DNA from: Podarcis gaigeae
Taxonomy: Eukaryota
Direction: 5' to 3' (one strand)
DNA length: 64,000 nucleotides
Assembly (NCBI GenBank): GCA_964106915.2
Contig: OZ066914.1
Made by a program: the position numbers and the translations under genes
Shown: positions 12,270 to 21,575 of the stretch, in pieces
How positions within the stretch are numbered: position 1 is the stretch's first letter
Layout of the letters: every line of letters begins with the position of its first letter
The notes under the pieces: model-generated
Seen by the model: only the letters and a program-made list of their open reading frames with translations
Told to the model about the DNA's origin: nothing
Databases searched by the model: none

Positions 12270-12832
12270 GTTTTACAATTTAAAGTACTCATTTTTACAT
12301 CCTTAAGATATCAATGACTTCCCTTCTTCTTTTTCCATGGTTCATTTTGCATATCATAAATCCCTGCGTATTTTACAAAAACTAAACCATTCAGTATTCC
12401 ATTATTGTATCCATCAAAACTTGTTTGCACTGTTGAATTTATTTGAATGCTGCCAGCATTTTCAGCTGTACACAGTTATTTCCTATATATGCAATTAACG
12501 TTTTCCAATCTTCTCTAAATGTATGTTCTTCTTGTTCACTTATTCTATATGTTAAGCCTGCAAGCTGCGCATATTCTGTCAATTTAAGTTGCCATTCTTC
12601 TTTGGTTGGGACCTCGCTCATTTTCCATTTTTGGGCTAACAAAACATGGGCCCCAGTAGTGGCATACATAAATAACCTTTTTTGATGCCTGGGAATTTTG
12701 GTCTGAATTATCCACAACAGAAAGGACTCTGGGGTGTGTGTGTGTGTTTTGGGGGGAGTACTTTGGAACATTTTTCTCAATTCATGATGTATCATTTCCC
12801 AATACTCTTTTACCCTTTTACAAGTCCACCAG
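12270..12832 (-). mobile_element. L1-clade LINE 3' fragment (ORF2 C-terminus and 3' UTR)
   Basis: ORF 12439-12912 contains HLWWTCKRVKEYW...LLAQKWK...FREDWK, the L1 ORF2 cysteine-rich C-terminal pattern. Confidence 0.85.
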
Positions 12833-12900
12833 AGATGCTGGAGATTCAACCTGGGACTTCCCAAGTGCAAAACAGAAGTTCTGCAGTTACCTACAGTGTT
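12826..12900 (-). mobile_element. Squam2-like SINE head fragment
   Basis: Reverse strand GTCCCAGGTTGAATCTCCAGCATCTC (B-box region), similar to the copies at 37505 and 53813. Confidence 0.55.
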
Positions 12901-14252
12901 TCCCAGTAGCACAATGGCTTAGAGAAGGACGCACAAAGCTGTGTAAGCTAAGCCCCTCCTGACATACTGTGGGTCCCTAAATGCATCCTGTCTAGCTTCT
13001 GTGAAAAGAAATGGGCTGTGTGGCAGCTACTGGAGTAACGTCAGAGTCAAATCTATTTCAGCTAGTTTTATTCGCATCAAAGGTGGCCTCAGAGCTGAGA
13101 GTGGTAAGCGTGCAAGATCACCCTTGCTGATCTCTGGTGTGACAAAACGTCTAGAAAGCGAAAATGTCTAAAGTTTGCTTTGACTTTTCCTGTTTAGCAC
13201 GGAAGATATTTCTTTCCAGCTAGTTTGGTACATGACAATCGACTAAAGGAAGCGTGGAAAACCCGATTGAGGCAAGCGTGCTAGCCTGGTTACCTTTTTA
13301 AGGCAGATCAATAAAAAATGTTTGGTATTCCTTCCCAGCTGTATCTTTGATTGTGGAGACATGAAAAGAAGACATATATCTCTATACGGCGCCTGGCAGA
13401 TCGCCTTTGTTCCTGGTTGCCGTGAAATTATGAAAAGCAAATACAGATTTCCTTTTGGTGGTTTTCCTTTAAATCCTCTTCCATTGAAGCTGCATAGTTA
13501 AATACCGATTGCAGAAAAGGAAGGAATATAAAAAGTGGATTATGTGGAGAAATATTACTTTAAAAGTGAGGGGGAGTCCTCGGAGGGTATGTTGGGTTGC
13601 TCGCCTTTGAGCACCTAAAGCAGCTCTTTGCAAATAACGCTGCACTTGTCAAGAGTCGTTTTAACCACAAATGATTGCCGTGCCTTGAAATCTGTTACAT
13701 TATCTAGGAGAAATGCAATCAGAGTCTTGCAGTTGGGAAACCCTTCTTGCCCCCCCCCCAATCCATTGCATTCTTGCGCAATATTCCAGCTTGTATACGG
13801 CGTCTTGCACCTCCATCTCTGCCCTGTGGCCGCAAATAAGCTTTGACAGCATGCCTGCAAATCAGGTGGTAATAATAACACTCCCATGAAATAATGAGTA
13901 GGATTTTTTAAAAATGAAAACGACGCTTGTGCAAAAGCCCAAAGAATTCAAAGCAGTTTTATTGCCTTGGAAAGACATAGAATCAAATGTGTAGTTTTCC
14001 CCATTCAGGAGAAAAAAGGGAAAAAGAGAAGGCTCTTGTCAAGCAATTTATGAGCATTCCACTTCTTAGGGGCAACAGAGACCTACATTGTAGCCCACAC
14101 ATCGGCTCACTGAGAGAGGCTGTCATAAGAAGCAGAACGGACTAGAATGAGCCACAACATTCCTCCTCCAGGTTTCCAGGCCACATATTCTGCAAGGAGG
14201 CTCCATTTTGGGTTTTTAATGCAAGTATTTAACATTTGGAAACATTAGGTAG

Positions 14253-14766
14253 CAGGGGCGCCGACTTATAAAAAATATTGGGGGGGCGGGGGTCCATACC
14301 GACTTATAAAAAATATTGGGGGGGCCCAAGACCTCCAAACCGCTGCTGCTGGGGGAACGAAAGGGGCGAGCCCCGGGCTGCCCCAACCTTAAGTGAACCT
14401 GTGAGGGCCCGCCCTTTGCGGCAGCCGATTGGCTGCCGCCGTGGGCGGTGAATATTAATGAGCTAGGGGGAATCCCCGCTTCTCGCGGGGCTGACGCCAG
14501 CCCCGCGAGATTGTTGATGGGTCGAGAGCCCGCAACCCCACCCCCTCTCTAGATCGGGAGTGGCTTTGTTTTAACTCATTACTGAATGTATTTTAAAAGG
14601 TAACTATCGTCAAACAAGGAAAATAAAAAATACCAACATAATTTTGTGATTTTACAAAGCATAATATAACTAATAATTTTCTTAAATTATTGGGGGGGCT
14701 GAGCCCCCGAAACGAATTTTTGAGGGGGCTCGGGCCCCCTCAGGCCCCATGGAGTCGGCGCCTATG
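14253..14766. mobile_element. Young non-autonomous hAT DNA transposon (514 bp)
   Basis: TIRs CAGGGGCGCCGACT / CATAGGCGCCGACT. Perfect 8-bp TSD TTAGGTAG at 14245-14252 and 14767-14774. CpG-rich. Confidence 0.93.
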
Positions 14767-16014
14767 TTAGGTAGTAACTGCTCCGACTTAAAACAATATC
14801 TATCCAGTTTCCCCACTGACATTATGGTTTCCTGAACAGTTATGGGCTCAGAGCCGACCCTACTATTAGGTTGTGAGGTAACAACCTGAGGCAACCAATT
14901 TTGGGGTGTTGTGAAAGGGCAGCAAAATGTTAGCTCATTATTTGTTTAGTTATTATTATTAATTAATTTGTGATAGCGGAAAGATTATAATGGAGCCAAA
15001 GTATCATTATCATTAATATATTAATACCAACCTTCTGACGCCGTTATAATGGCTGTGTTTAGTTTTATGTTGTAGCCCCCCTGGGGTGTATGTGCCTTAA
15101 GAATGTTGCCAGCAGACGAGCAAATAGTTCAAAATCTTGGACCCTTCCTTCAGAAACGGAATTCCCAGGGCAAGATTTTCCTAACTGGTAGCATTTGGAA
15201 CCTTTCTGTTAAGTGCCTGTGATTGTCACCTCTGCCTAGGTTCTCGCTGTCTAGCATTTTCTTATTTGCATATTCTAATCTATTTAATTATATGCACATT
15301 TATAATTGCCTATGCGTGGTGGTGGGGGTTCATATGTGTGGGGGCTCTTCTGCTAAGCCTGTTTAAAGCTCATCAGAAGGCAACACAAAGTACTGTTGTG
15401 GATGTTTTTTTCCCACTTGACTTTGGAGAGCAATTCATATCTGCAGCATAACCCCCAAGACTGCAGATCATTGTAACTATTTAAATATTAAAATAATATG
15501 CAGCGTGGGCTTTTACGATGGACTCCAGAGTAGACAACCAGAATGCCATATTCATGTTGGTCTGAAAACATCTGGGAGCTATTCTCTAGAAATAGGTAGC
15601 ATGGCCATCGTATTCTCAGTATGTTTCTTTTCCAGTATTTTGCTGCTATAATGTTCTAAACTTTGGCTTCTGTAAGAAGCTCACTAGTAGCTTGGGGTTT
15701 AGCCAACATGCGGTAGAAGCCATGCCGCTAGTGTTCTACTCTTGGAGTTGTAGAGTCACATTAGAAAACCTGCACAGAGCACCTGTGCAGCAATGGCGGC
15801 CTTCAGATGCAACGCTAAACCATGGTTTGTCACTACACAATTGCAATAATGAGCCTCAGGGTCGAACACTTTATGCTTTTCTTATATGGTTTCTATCTTT
15901 GTAATGTTGCAAGCCGCTTAGATATGTTTTGTGATTTAGCAGTATGCAGGTACTTTTATAAAGAAGTAATAAATATAAACACTCCCTTTCCCCTTCATCC
16001 TTCACACGAGGAGC

Positions 16015-16139
16015 TCAGAGCCTGTGACCCTTCACATGTTGGACTATAATTACCATCACAAGCCAGCATGGCCAAGGGTCAGGGATGATGGGAGCTGGAG
16101 TCCAGGAGCATTTGGAGGGCAATAGGTTCACTACCTCTG
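16015..16139. mobile_element. Palindromic hAT-Charlie-type MITE, degraded
   Basis: GTTGGACTA...CCAGCATGGCCAAGGGTCAGGGATGATGGGAGCTGGAGTCC...GGAGGGC...AGGTT. Related pieces at 24320, 35030, 40800 and 52340. Confidence 0.65.
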
Positions 16140-16235
16140 CTTTACATGCTAGGAAGGAAACAGTAAAGATTCCAGTTATGGTTTGTAAGAAATCACCGTT
16201 TCCCATGTTCAGATAAACTGTACTTAGTTACAAAC

Positions 16236-16587
16236 TAAAGGTAAAGGGACCTCTGACCATTGGGTCCAGTTGTGGCCGACTCTGGGGTTGCGGCGCTCAT
16301 CTCGCTTTACTGGCCGAGGGAGCTGGCATACAGCTTCCGGGTTATGTGGCCAGCAGGACTAAGCCGCTTCTGGCGAACCACAGCAGCGCACGGAAACGCT
16401 GTTTACCTTCCCGCCGGAGCGGTACCTATTTATCTACTTGCACTTTGACGTGCTTTCAAACTGCTAGGTTGGCAGGAGCAGGGAACGAGCAATGGGAGCT
16501 CACCCCGTTGCAGGGATTCGAACCGCCAACCTTCTGATCAGCAAGTCCTAGGCTCTGTGGTTTAACCCACAGTGCCACCTGCCTCCC
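16236..16587 (-). mobile_element. Sauria SINE (Squam1)
   Basis: Full length, with (AAAGGT)n reverse tail and tRNA-like head containing GGTTCGAATCC on the minus strand. Flanked by AGTTACA repeats (16226-16232, 16588-16594). Confidence 0.95.
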
Positions 16588-16747
16588 AGTTACAGAAGCT
16601 TTAAATGCCCTCGAGAGAGGGAGAATGTGAGCTCAAGGCTTGCTGCAGTACTAAACCATGGTTTATATTCTATCCAAATGTAGCCATCATCTGTTGTTGG
16701 GAACTAAATACTGGAAATCGGAAAACTGTTGGGGAAATTATGATGGG

Positions 16748-16845
16748 CGATACTCAACTAAGTCATACCCAGAGTGCATCCATTGAAATCAATTGACTGA
16801 GTCACACTCAGCACCCATTGATTTACAGTGAAAGTCACTCAGTCT
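16748..16845. mobile_element. Old palindromic MITE (PIF/Harbinger, Chompy-like)
   Basis: CAACTAAGTCATACCCAGAGTG..CCATTGAAATCAAT...CATTGATTT. Related to 30172 and 62245. Confidence 0.5.
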
Positions 16846-16984
16846 CAGAATCATACATTTGGAAGGGACTCAGAGGCTAGTCCAACCCCCTGCAATGCAA
16901 GAATCCTGCCCACAGCTATCCTTGGGTGGGTTCAAACCATCAACCTCTGGTCAACAGCCAGATGCAATGACCCATTGCACCACC
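16846..16984 (-). mobile_element. Short tRNA-derived SINE with CR1-type 3' tail
   Basis: Minus strand has a tRNA-like head (GGTGGTGCAATGGGTC...GGTTTGAACCC) followed by CATTGCAGGGGGTTGG...CCCTTCCAA...GATTCTG, shared with the CR1 3' end at 54155. Confidence 0.75.
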
Positions 16985-17187
16985 TGACACGTTTGTTTCA
17001 GTAGAAATGATCCAGTTTAGAAAACGTTTGCTCAGTGCTAGTTCAGCAGGCCCAGTAACTGTGTGTGTGCGCCCCCCACAACTGTATGAATGAATGCATG
17101 TCATGCTTGTGCATGACATCAAATTATTTCTCACTTAACACTTTCCTCCCTCCCCTGCATAAAGTGGCAAGGATTTTGGAGATTAGG

Positions 17188-17826
17188 TGTGATGGCCTGG
17201 GATTCAGACTTGGATGCTGAACCTCAGGAATCCCAGCCTGCACAGGATTCCCCGCCTCCAGAACCACTGAGCTGGGGCTGGGGCATGAGCCCGAAGTGTC
17301 CTCACCTGTGCTGGATCCTCAGGTGCAGGCATGAGCTGAGCCAGCTCCTGAGGTGCTGGAGGGCCCATTGCCTGCAGGTGCTCCACTCTCAGTCCAATCA
17401 GAGGAAGCTGAGGTTGCCTCTGGGTCCGGTAACCCTCCACCCTCTCCTGAGCTGCAGAGGCTCAGGGCAGAGAGGCAGAGTGAACTAAGTTCCCGCAGGA
17501 GGAGTGCTTGCCTCCAGGCCAGGAGAGGCAAGTCACCAGAGCACCGGGGCTGCTCTATGCCTCGGGGCAGATAAAAGCCAGTCAGCCCCAGACCCAAGTT
17601 GCGAGAGCAACATGGTTTGGTTACTAGTTCCTGCCCGAACCCTGCCCTGCTTTCCTGCCTGAGCTCCTGACCCACCTTGGCTCCCTGCTTGCAAGCCTGC
17701 TCCTGACTTTACCCGGCTCCCTGCCCTGTGCCCATCTTCAGCTACTACGGACTGCTTCCACGTTGCACCTTTGACCATGGACCGGACTTGGACCTCGTCT
17801 CTCTGGTACCCCATGGGACCAGCACA
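17188..17826 (+). mobile_element. Solo LTR, probably Gypsy/Ty3 (639 bp)
   Basis: TGTGATGG...CCAGCACA termini, perfect 5-bp TSD TTAGG (17183-17187, 17827-17831), TATA-like GATAAAAG near 17570. Confidence 0.9.
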
Positions 17827-17875
17827 TTAGGCCACATGTGTGCACACTTCCCTTCCATGCTTCTGTGTCATGTTC

Positions 17876-18392
17876 CAGGGGCGGAGGAAGGGTGGTGGAG
17901 GTCTGCCCTGGGTGTCATCACTGGGGTGTGTGTGTGCTGCCTGCCCATGACTCCCAAGCCTACCAAGAGCAGTCGGGGGAAGGAGCAGAGCTACACCGCC
18001 TTGTCGCTGGCCACCCCCCTTCCCCCTTCGTTTTGACAGCTCGGGGGAGGCTTTGGGAGTCACGGGTGGCCAGCACGCCATTGCCCCCTGCTCCCGGGCT
18101 GCTTCCTGGGGGGGGGAAAGCCTCCCCCAAGCTGTCAAAAGGAAGAGGGAAGGGAGGAAGGCTGCTGGCAAAGCGGCATGGCTCCCTCCCCCCCCCCCGC
18201 CCAGGAAGCAGCCCAGTATGGGTGGCTCACTCCAGCCCCAATGGGCAGCTCGCTCTGCCCCCATGGGCGTCTCACCCCCTGGGACTCTCGCCATGGCGCC
18301 CCCCTGGGACCCTTGCCCCAGCCCTATGGCCCCACCCTGGGTGCACAGCATGTGCGCTGCTCCGGGTGCTGGAACAGCTAGCTCCGCCTCTG
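17876..18392. mobile_element. GC-rich non-autonomous hAT (Tip100-like) element
   Basis: TIR-like CAGGGGCGGAG / CTCCGCCTCTG and internal inverted repeats (18017-18053 vs 18117-18153). No TSD detectable. Confidence 0.6.
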
Positions 18393-18500
18393 CCCCCCAA
18401 AAAACCATAGTGGTGCACACTCCCAAGGAGACATCTGTCTTCTACCACATGCATACCATCACCAGGCATAAAATTGCCTGGACCTAGCTCTAAGGCAGCT

Positions 18501-18844
18501 GGGATACGGGTGGCGCTGTGGGTTTAACTACAGAGCCTAGGACTTGCCGATCAGAAGGTCGGCGGTTCGAATCCCTGCGATGGGGTGAGCTCCCGTCGCT
18601 CGGTCCCATCTCCTTCCCACCTAGCAGCTCAAAAGCACGACAAAGTGCAAGTAGATAAATAGGTACCGCTCTGGTGGGAAGGTAAACGGCGTTTCCGTGC
18701 ACCACTCTGGTTTGCCAGAAGCGGCTTAGTCATGCTGGCCACATGACCCAGAAGCTGTACAGCGGCTTCCAAGATGAGCGCCGCAACCCCAGAGTTGGTC
18801 ATGACTGGACCTAATGGTCAGGGGTCCCTTTACCTTTACCTTTT
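18501..18844 (+). mobile_element. Sauria SINE (Squam1)
   Basis: GGGATACGGGTGGCGCTGTGGG head, B box GGTTCGAATCC, (ACCTTT)n tail, TSD CTCTAAGGCA (18488-18497, 18847-18856). Confidence 0.95.
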
Positions 18845-18934
18845 AACTCTAAGGCAAGTTATGTTACATACATGGGTGCCAGTGGAACCCTACTGTGCAG
18901 CTATTGGTGCTACACAATGATAAGCAATTGTAAT

Positions 18935-19317
18935 TAGAGTTGGAAGGATCTGTCAGCTTTGGTCCTCTTGGTTTCTCGTTTCTTCAGTCTTAATTTCAAT
19001 TCTCCCCATTTCCGTAACGATTTGCAATCTGCAAATCGGTATGCAGTTTTGACTGATGTGCCTGTTTTGTTTTTTGCAAGCAACATCTCCTAGTACAGTG
19101 CATTTTTGTACGCTCATTTCACTGATAGATTCATTTCAATGCACTCTTTTATCAAATATATTCATTCCCTTTAAACCCCAGCTGAAAAACTGCACCGCAA
19201 AATTCAGATAAGTGCAGATTTCAAAGGATGATTGCGTTTCAGTTTCCGTGTTGTTTCAGAAATTTGATAGATTTGCCTCTAAATGTGACCTGAACTGAAT
19301 TTATTCCCCCCATCCCA
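18935..19317 (+). mobile_element. Old non-autonomous DNA transposon (hAT-Ac-like, TAGGGATG-type ends)
   Basis: Degenerate ends TAGAGTTGG / CCCCATCCCA. Homologous segments at 40660-40830, 42278-42671 and 54357-54565. Confidence 0.65.
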
Positions 19318-20178
19318 AATACAGAAAACTGTATCACGGTGGTGGTGTTGAGTTCAAGCTTCTTCTTAACAGGAAGCTAAAGTGAAAGGCCTCCCTTTGT
19401 ATTTTAGTGCACTTGCACATGGCTGTTAATGAGTGAGGGAAAAGGCCCCAAATGATATTCCAGTCAGTATATGGTCAACTGGAATTGATGACTCTACCTA
19501 CTCTCTTTCTAAAGTCGGAATAGCCACCGGCGAAGTCTTTTTTCCCCATCTGAGAGAGGAATCAGCCCTGCCCCAGCCTAGCCCTAAACACTGAAGCGGA
19601 GCTATATCTCCATCTATCTTTCAGATTAGCGCTTTGTTACACTTTGAAGAGAAGGCCTTTCACAAAAGCTCAGGCATTTCGAAGCTTAGATACGGTCAGT
19701 GTGCCTGCGCTCGGCTGCCCTGTAGACTATTTGTTAATGAAGACCTTGGATTACTGAGCCTATTCTCGAGCCAAAATTTGCACTTTAAAGTGTGGCTTGA
19801 GGAGCGTATAAAAGCACAGGATTCCATTATTGCAAAATGTATCAGAAAAGTGTTGAGCTAGGTAATTACCTTAATCCAACTGAAATAGTTGGTCACAGTG
19901 TACATTAGATGAGCATCCGGACTTGAACAAGCAGTCAACCTGAACAAAATAAGCTCAGCCATGGAGGGGCAGATTTCTTAATTAGTTCTCAGTGGCGAGA
20001 ACAGTTTAATGTTTCCCAAAGTCGAGTGCAAATTCTACAAGTGACACAATTCAAGAGGGCTCTGCCAGGTTGAATTAAACCCGGCCTGGTCCCCCACTGT
20101 CACATGCAGAGTCCAAAGCTAACTTCATTTATTTCTCACTGTTTGCGTTCCAGCGAACTTCCATAGACTGAACCATAA

Positions 20179-20182
<4 letters not shown>

Positions 20183-20208
<26 letters not shown>
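20183..20208. repeat. (AG)n microsatellite
   Basis: Seen directly. Confidence 0.97.
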
Positions 20209-20209
<1 letters not shown>

Positions 20210-20848
20210 ACAGTATGATTAACTTCAATAATGCGAAGCCCTTGCTCTCGGAATACTCATTCGCCTCTCATTTTCACAAAGCAAGTCATCGTATCACCTT
20301 GTCGGTGGAGCCATATATTGCAGTACAGTCTAATTGGTTACACTGGCATGTACACCATTAATAAAATGAGGAAGCTCAGTGGTCAGTTAGTGATTGTTTT
20401 CTTTCTGGTGTTATTGTTTCAACGTTAGCAAATCTCTTTGGTTTCGTGTTGCTAAATATTTATTAGTCACAGCGGGAAGTGTTCCGTGTAGGATGTACTC
20501 GAGCTAAACAACTAAACTTCAATAAAATCAAGCAAAGTCAATGGATGGGTTGGGAGGGGTTTCTGTGACACAGGGCCACTGAATGCAAAGAAGGCTCTGA
20601 AGATGTGCGTCGTAATCCACTTAAAAGTCACACCAGTTCATTATTTAATAACATCATAAAACTGAAAGAGACCACAAGGGCTGCTGCTTTTCCTTATATC
20701 ATATGTACGATCATTTTCACATTCAATCCCAGTGTTTTCCCCCTTCCCCCTTAATAATATGTAGCGGAACTTTTGTGGTAACTTCCTGTCCTATCCAGTG
20801 ACTTCTGGTTGACTCCCCCCCCCCCGCCCAATATTGTTCTTCCAATAT

Positions 20849-21091
20849 AGAAGAAAGGTGGAGTTTGGATTTTATATCCCGCTTTATCACTACCCAAAGG
20901 AGTCTCAAAGCAGCTAACATTCTCCTTTCCCTTCCTCCCCCACAACAAACACTCTGTGAGGTGAGTGGGGCTGAGAGACTTCAGAGAAGTGTGACTAACC
21001 CAAGGTCACCCAGCAGCTGCATGTGGAGGAACGGGGACGCGAACCCGGTTCACCAGATTACGAGTCTACCACTCTTAACCACTACACCATA
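20849..21091 (-). mobile_element. Squam3B-type SINE
   Basis: Highly similar to 8719-8957. Flanked by a CCAATAT direct repeat (20842-20848, 21094-21100). Confidence 0.9.
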
Positions 21092-21189
21092 CACCAATAT
21101 CCAGATTTGTGGCCTCCGTTTGTGGTCAAATTGATATATATGCTCTTTAGACTGTGGTATACCACTTTATTGAGGGTTGTATCTAAAAG

Positions 21190-21575
21190 AAAGAAAATGT
21201 AAGAGGCTCATCTAGTCCAGCATAGGAGTCAACTCCTAGGGGCCAGGTCCCTTCGCCCCTCCCAATAAAATATTTGAGGGGGCTGCCCCCCCCAAGTTGA
21301 GGAACATTGCCATTCAAATGGTGTGCGTGTGCCGCATCTTGTGATCAATTATGTCAGGTGGGGTTTAGCTGCCCCCCAATATTTTATTCAAGTTGGTACC
21401 CCTATAGTCCAGCATTCCCTTCTCATGGTTTAAATGCCCATTGGAAGCCCACAAACACATCCTGAGTGCAACAGCACACTCCCCACCTGTAATTCCTAAC
21501 AACTAGTATTCTGAGGTGGACTGAGTCCAACAGTGGAGGTAGAACATAGCCACTGTGACAGATAGGCATTGATAC
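21190..21575 (-). mobile_element. Old CR1-like LINE 3' end, interrupted by a hAT MITE
   Basis: CATCTAGTCCAGCAT...GGAAGCCCACAA...CCTGAGTGCAACAGCAC...CAGTGGAGG..CATAGCCA resembles the reverse 3' UTR of squamate CR1 (from memory). Confidence 0.55.
21221..21404. mobile_element. hAT MITE (184 bp), relative of 14253-14766 in opposite orientation
   Basis: Ends CATAGGAGTCAACT / AGTTGGTACCCCTA. Perfect 8-bp TSD TAGTCCAG (21213-21220, 21405-21412). Confidence 0.88.

Noticed and set aside
17827-18487. Overlapping 144-199 aa ORFs on both strands
   Set aside because: Stop-poor GC-rich interior of a non-autonomous DNA element. The peptides are low-complexity with no domain signal.
18501-18580. tRNA-like A/B boxes here and in other SINE heads
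   Set aside because: They belong to SINEs and do not form complete cloverleaf tRNA genes.
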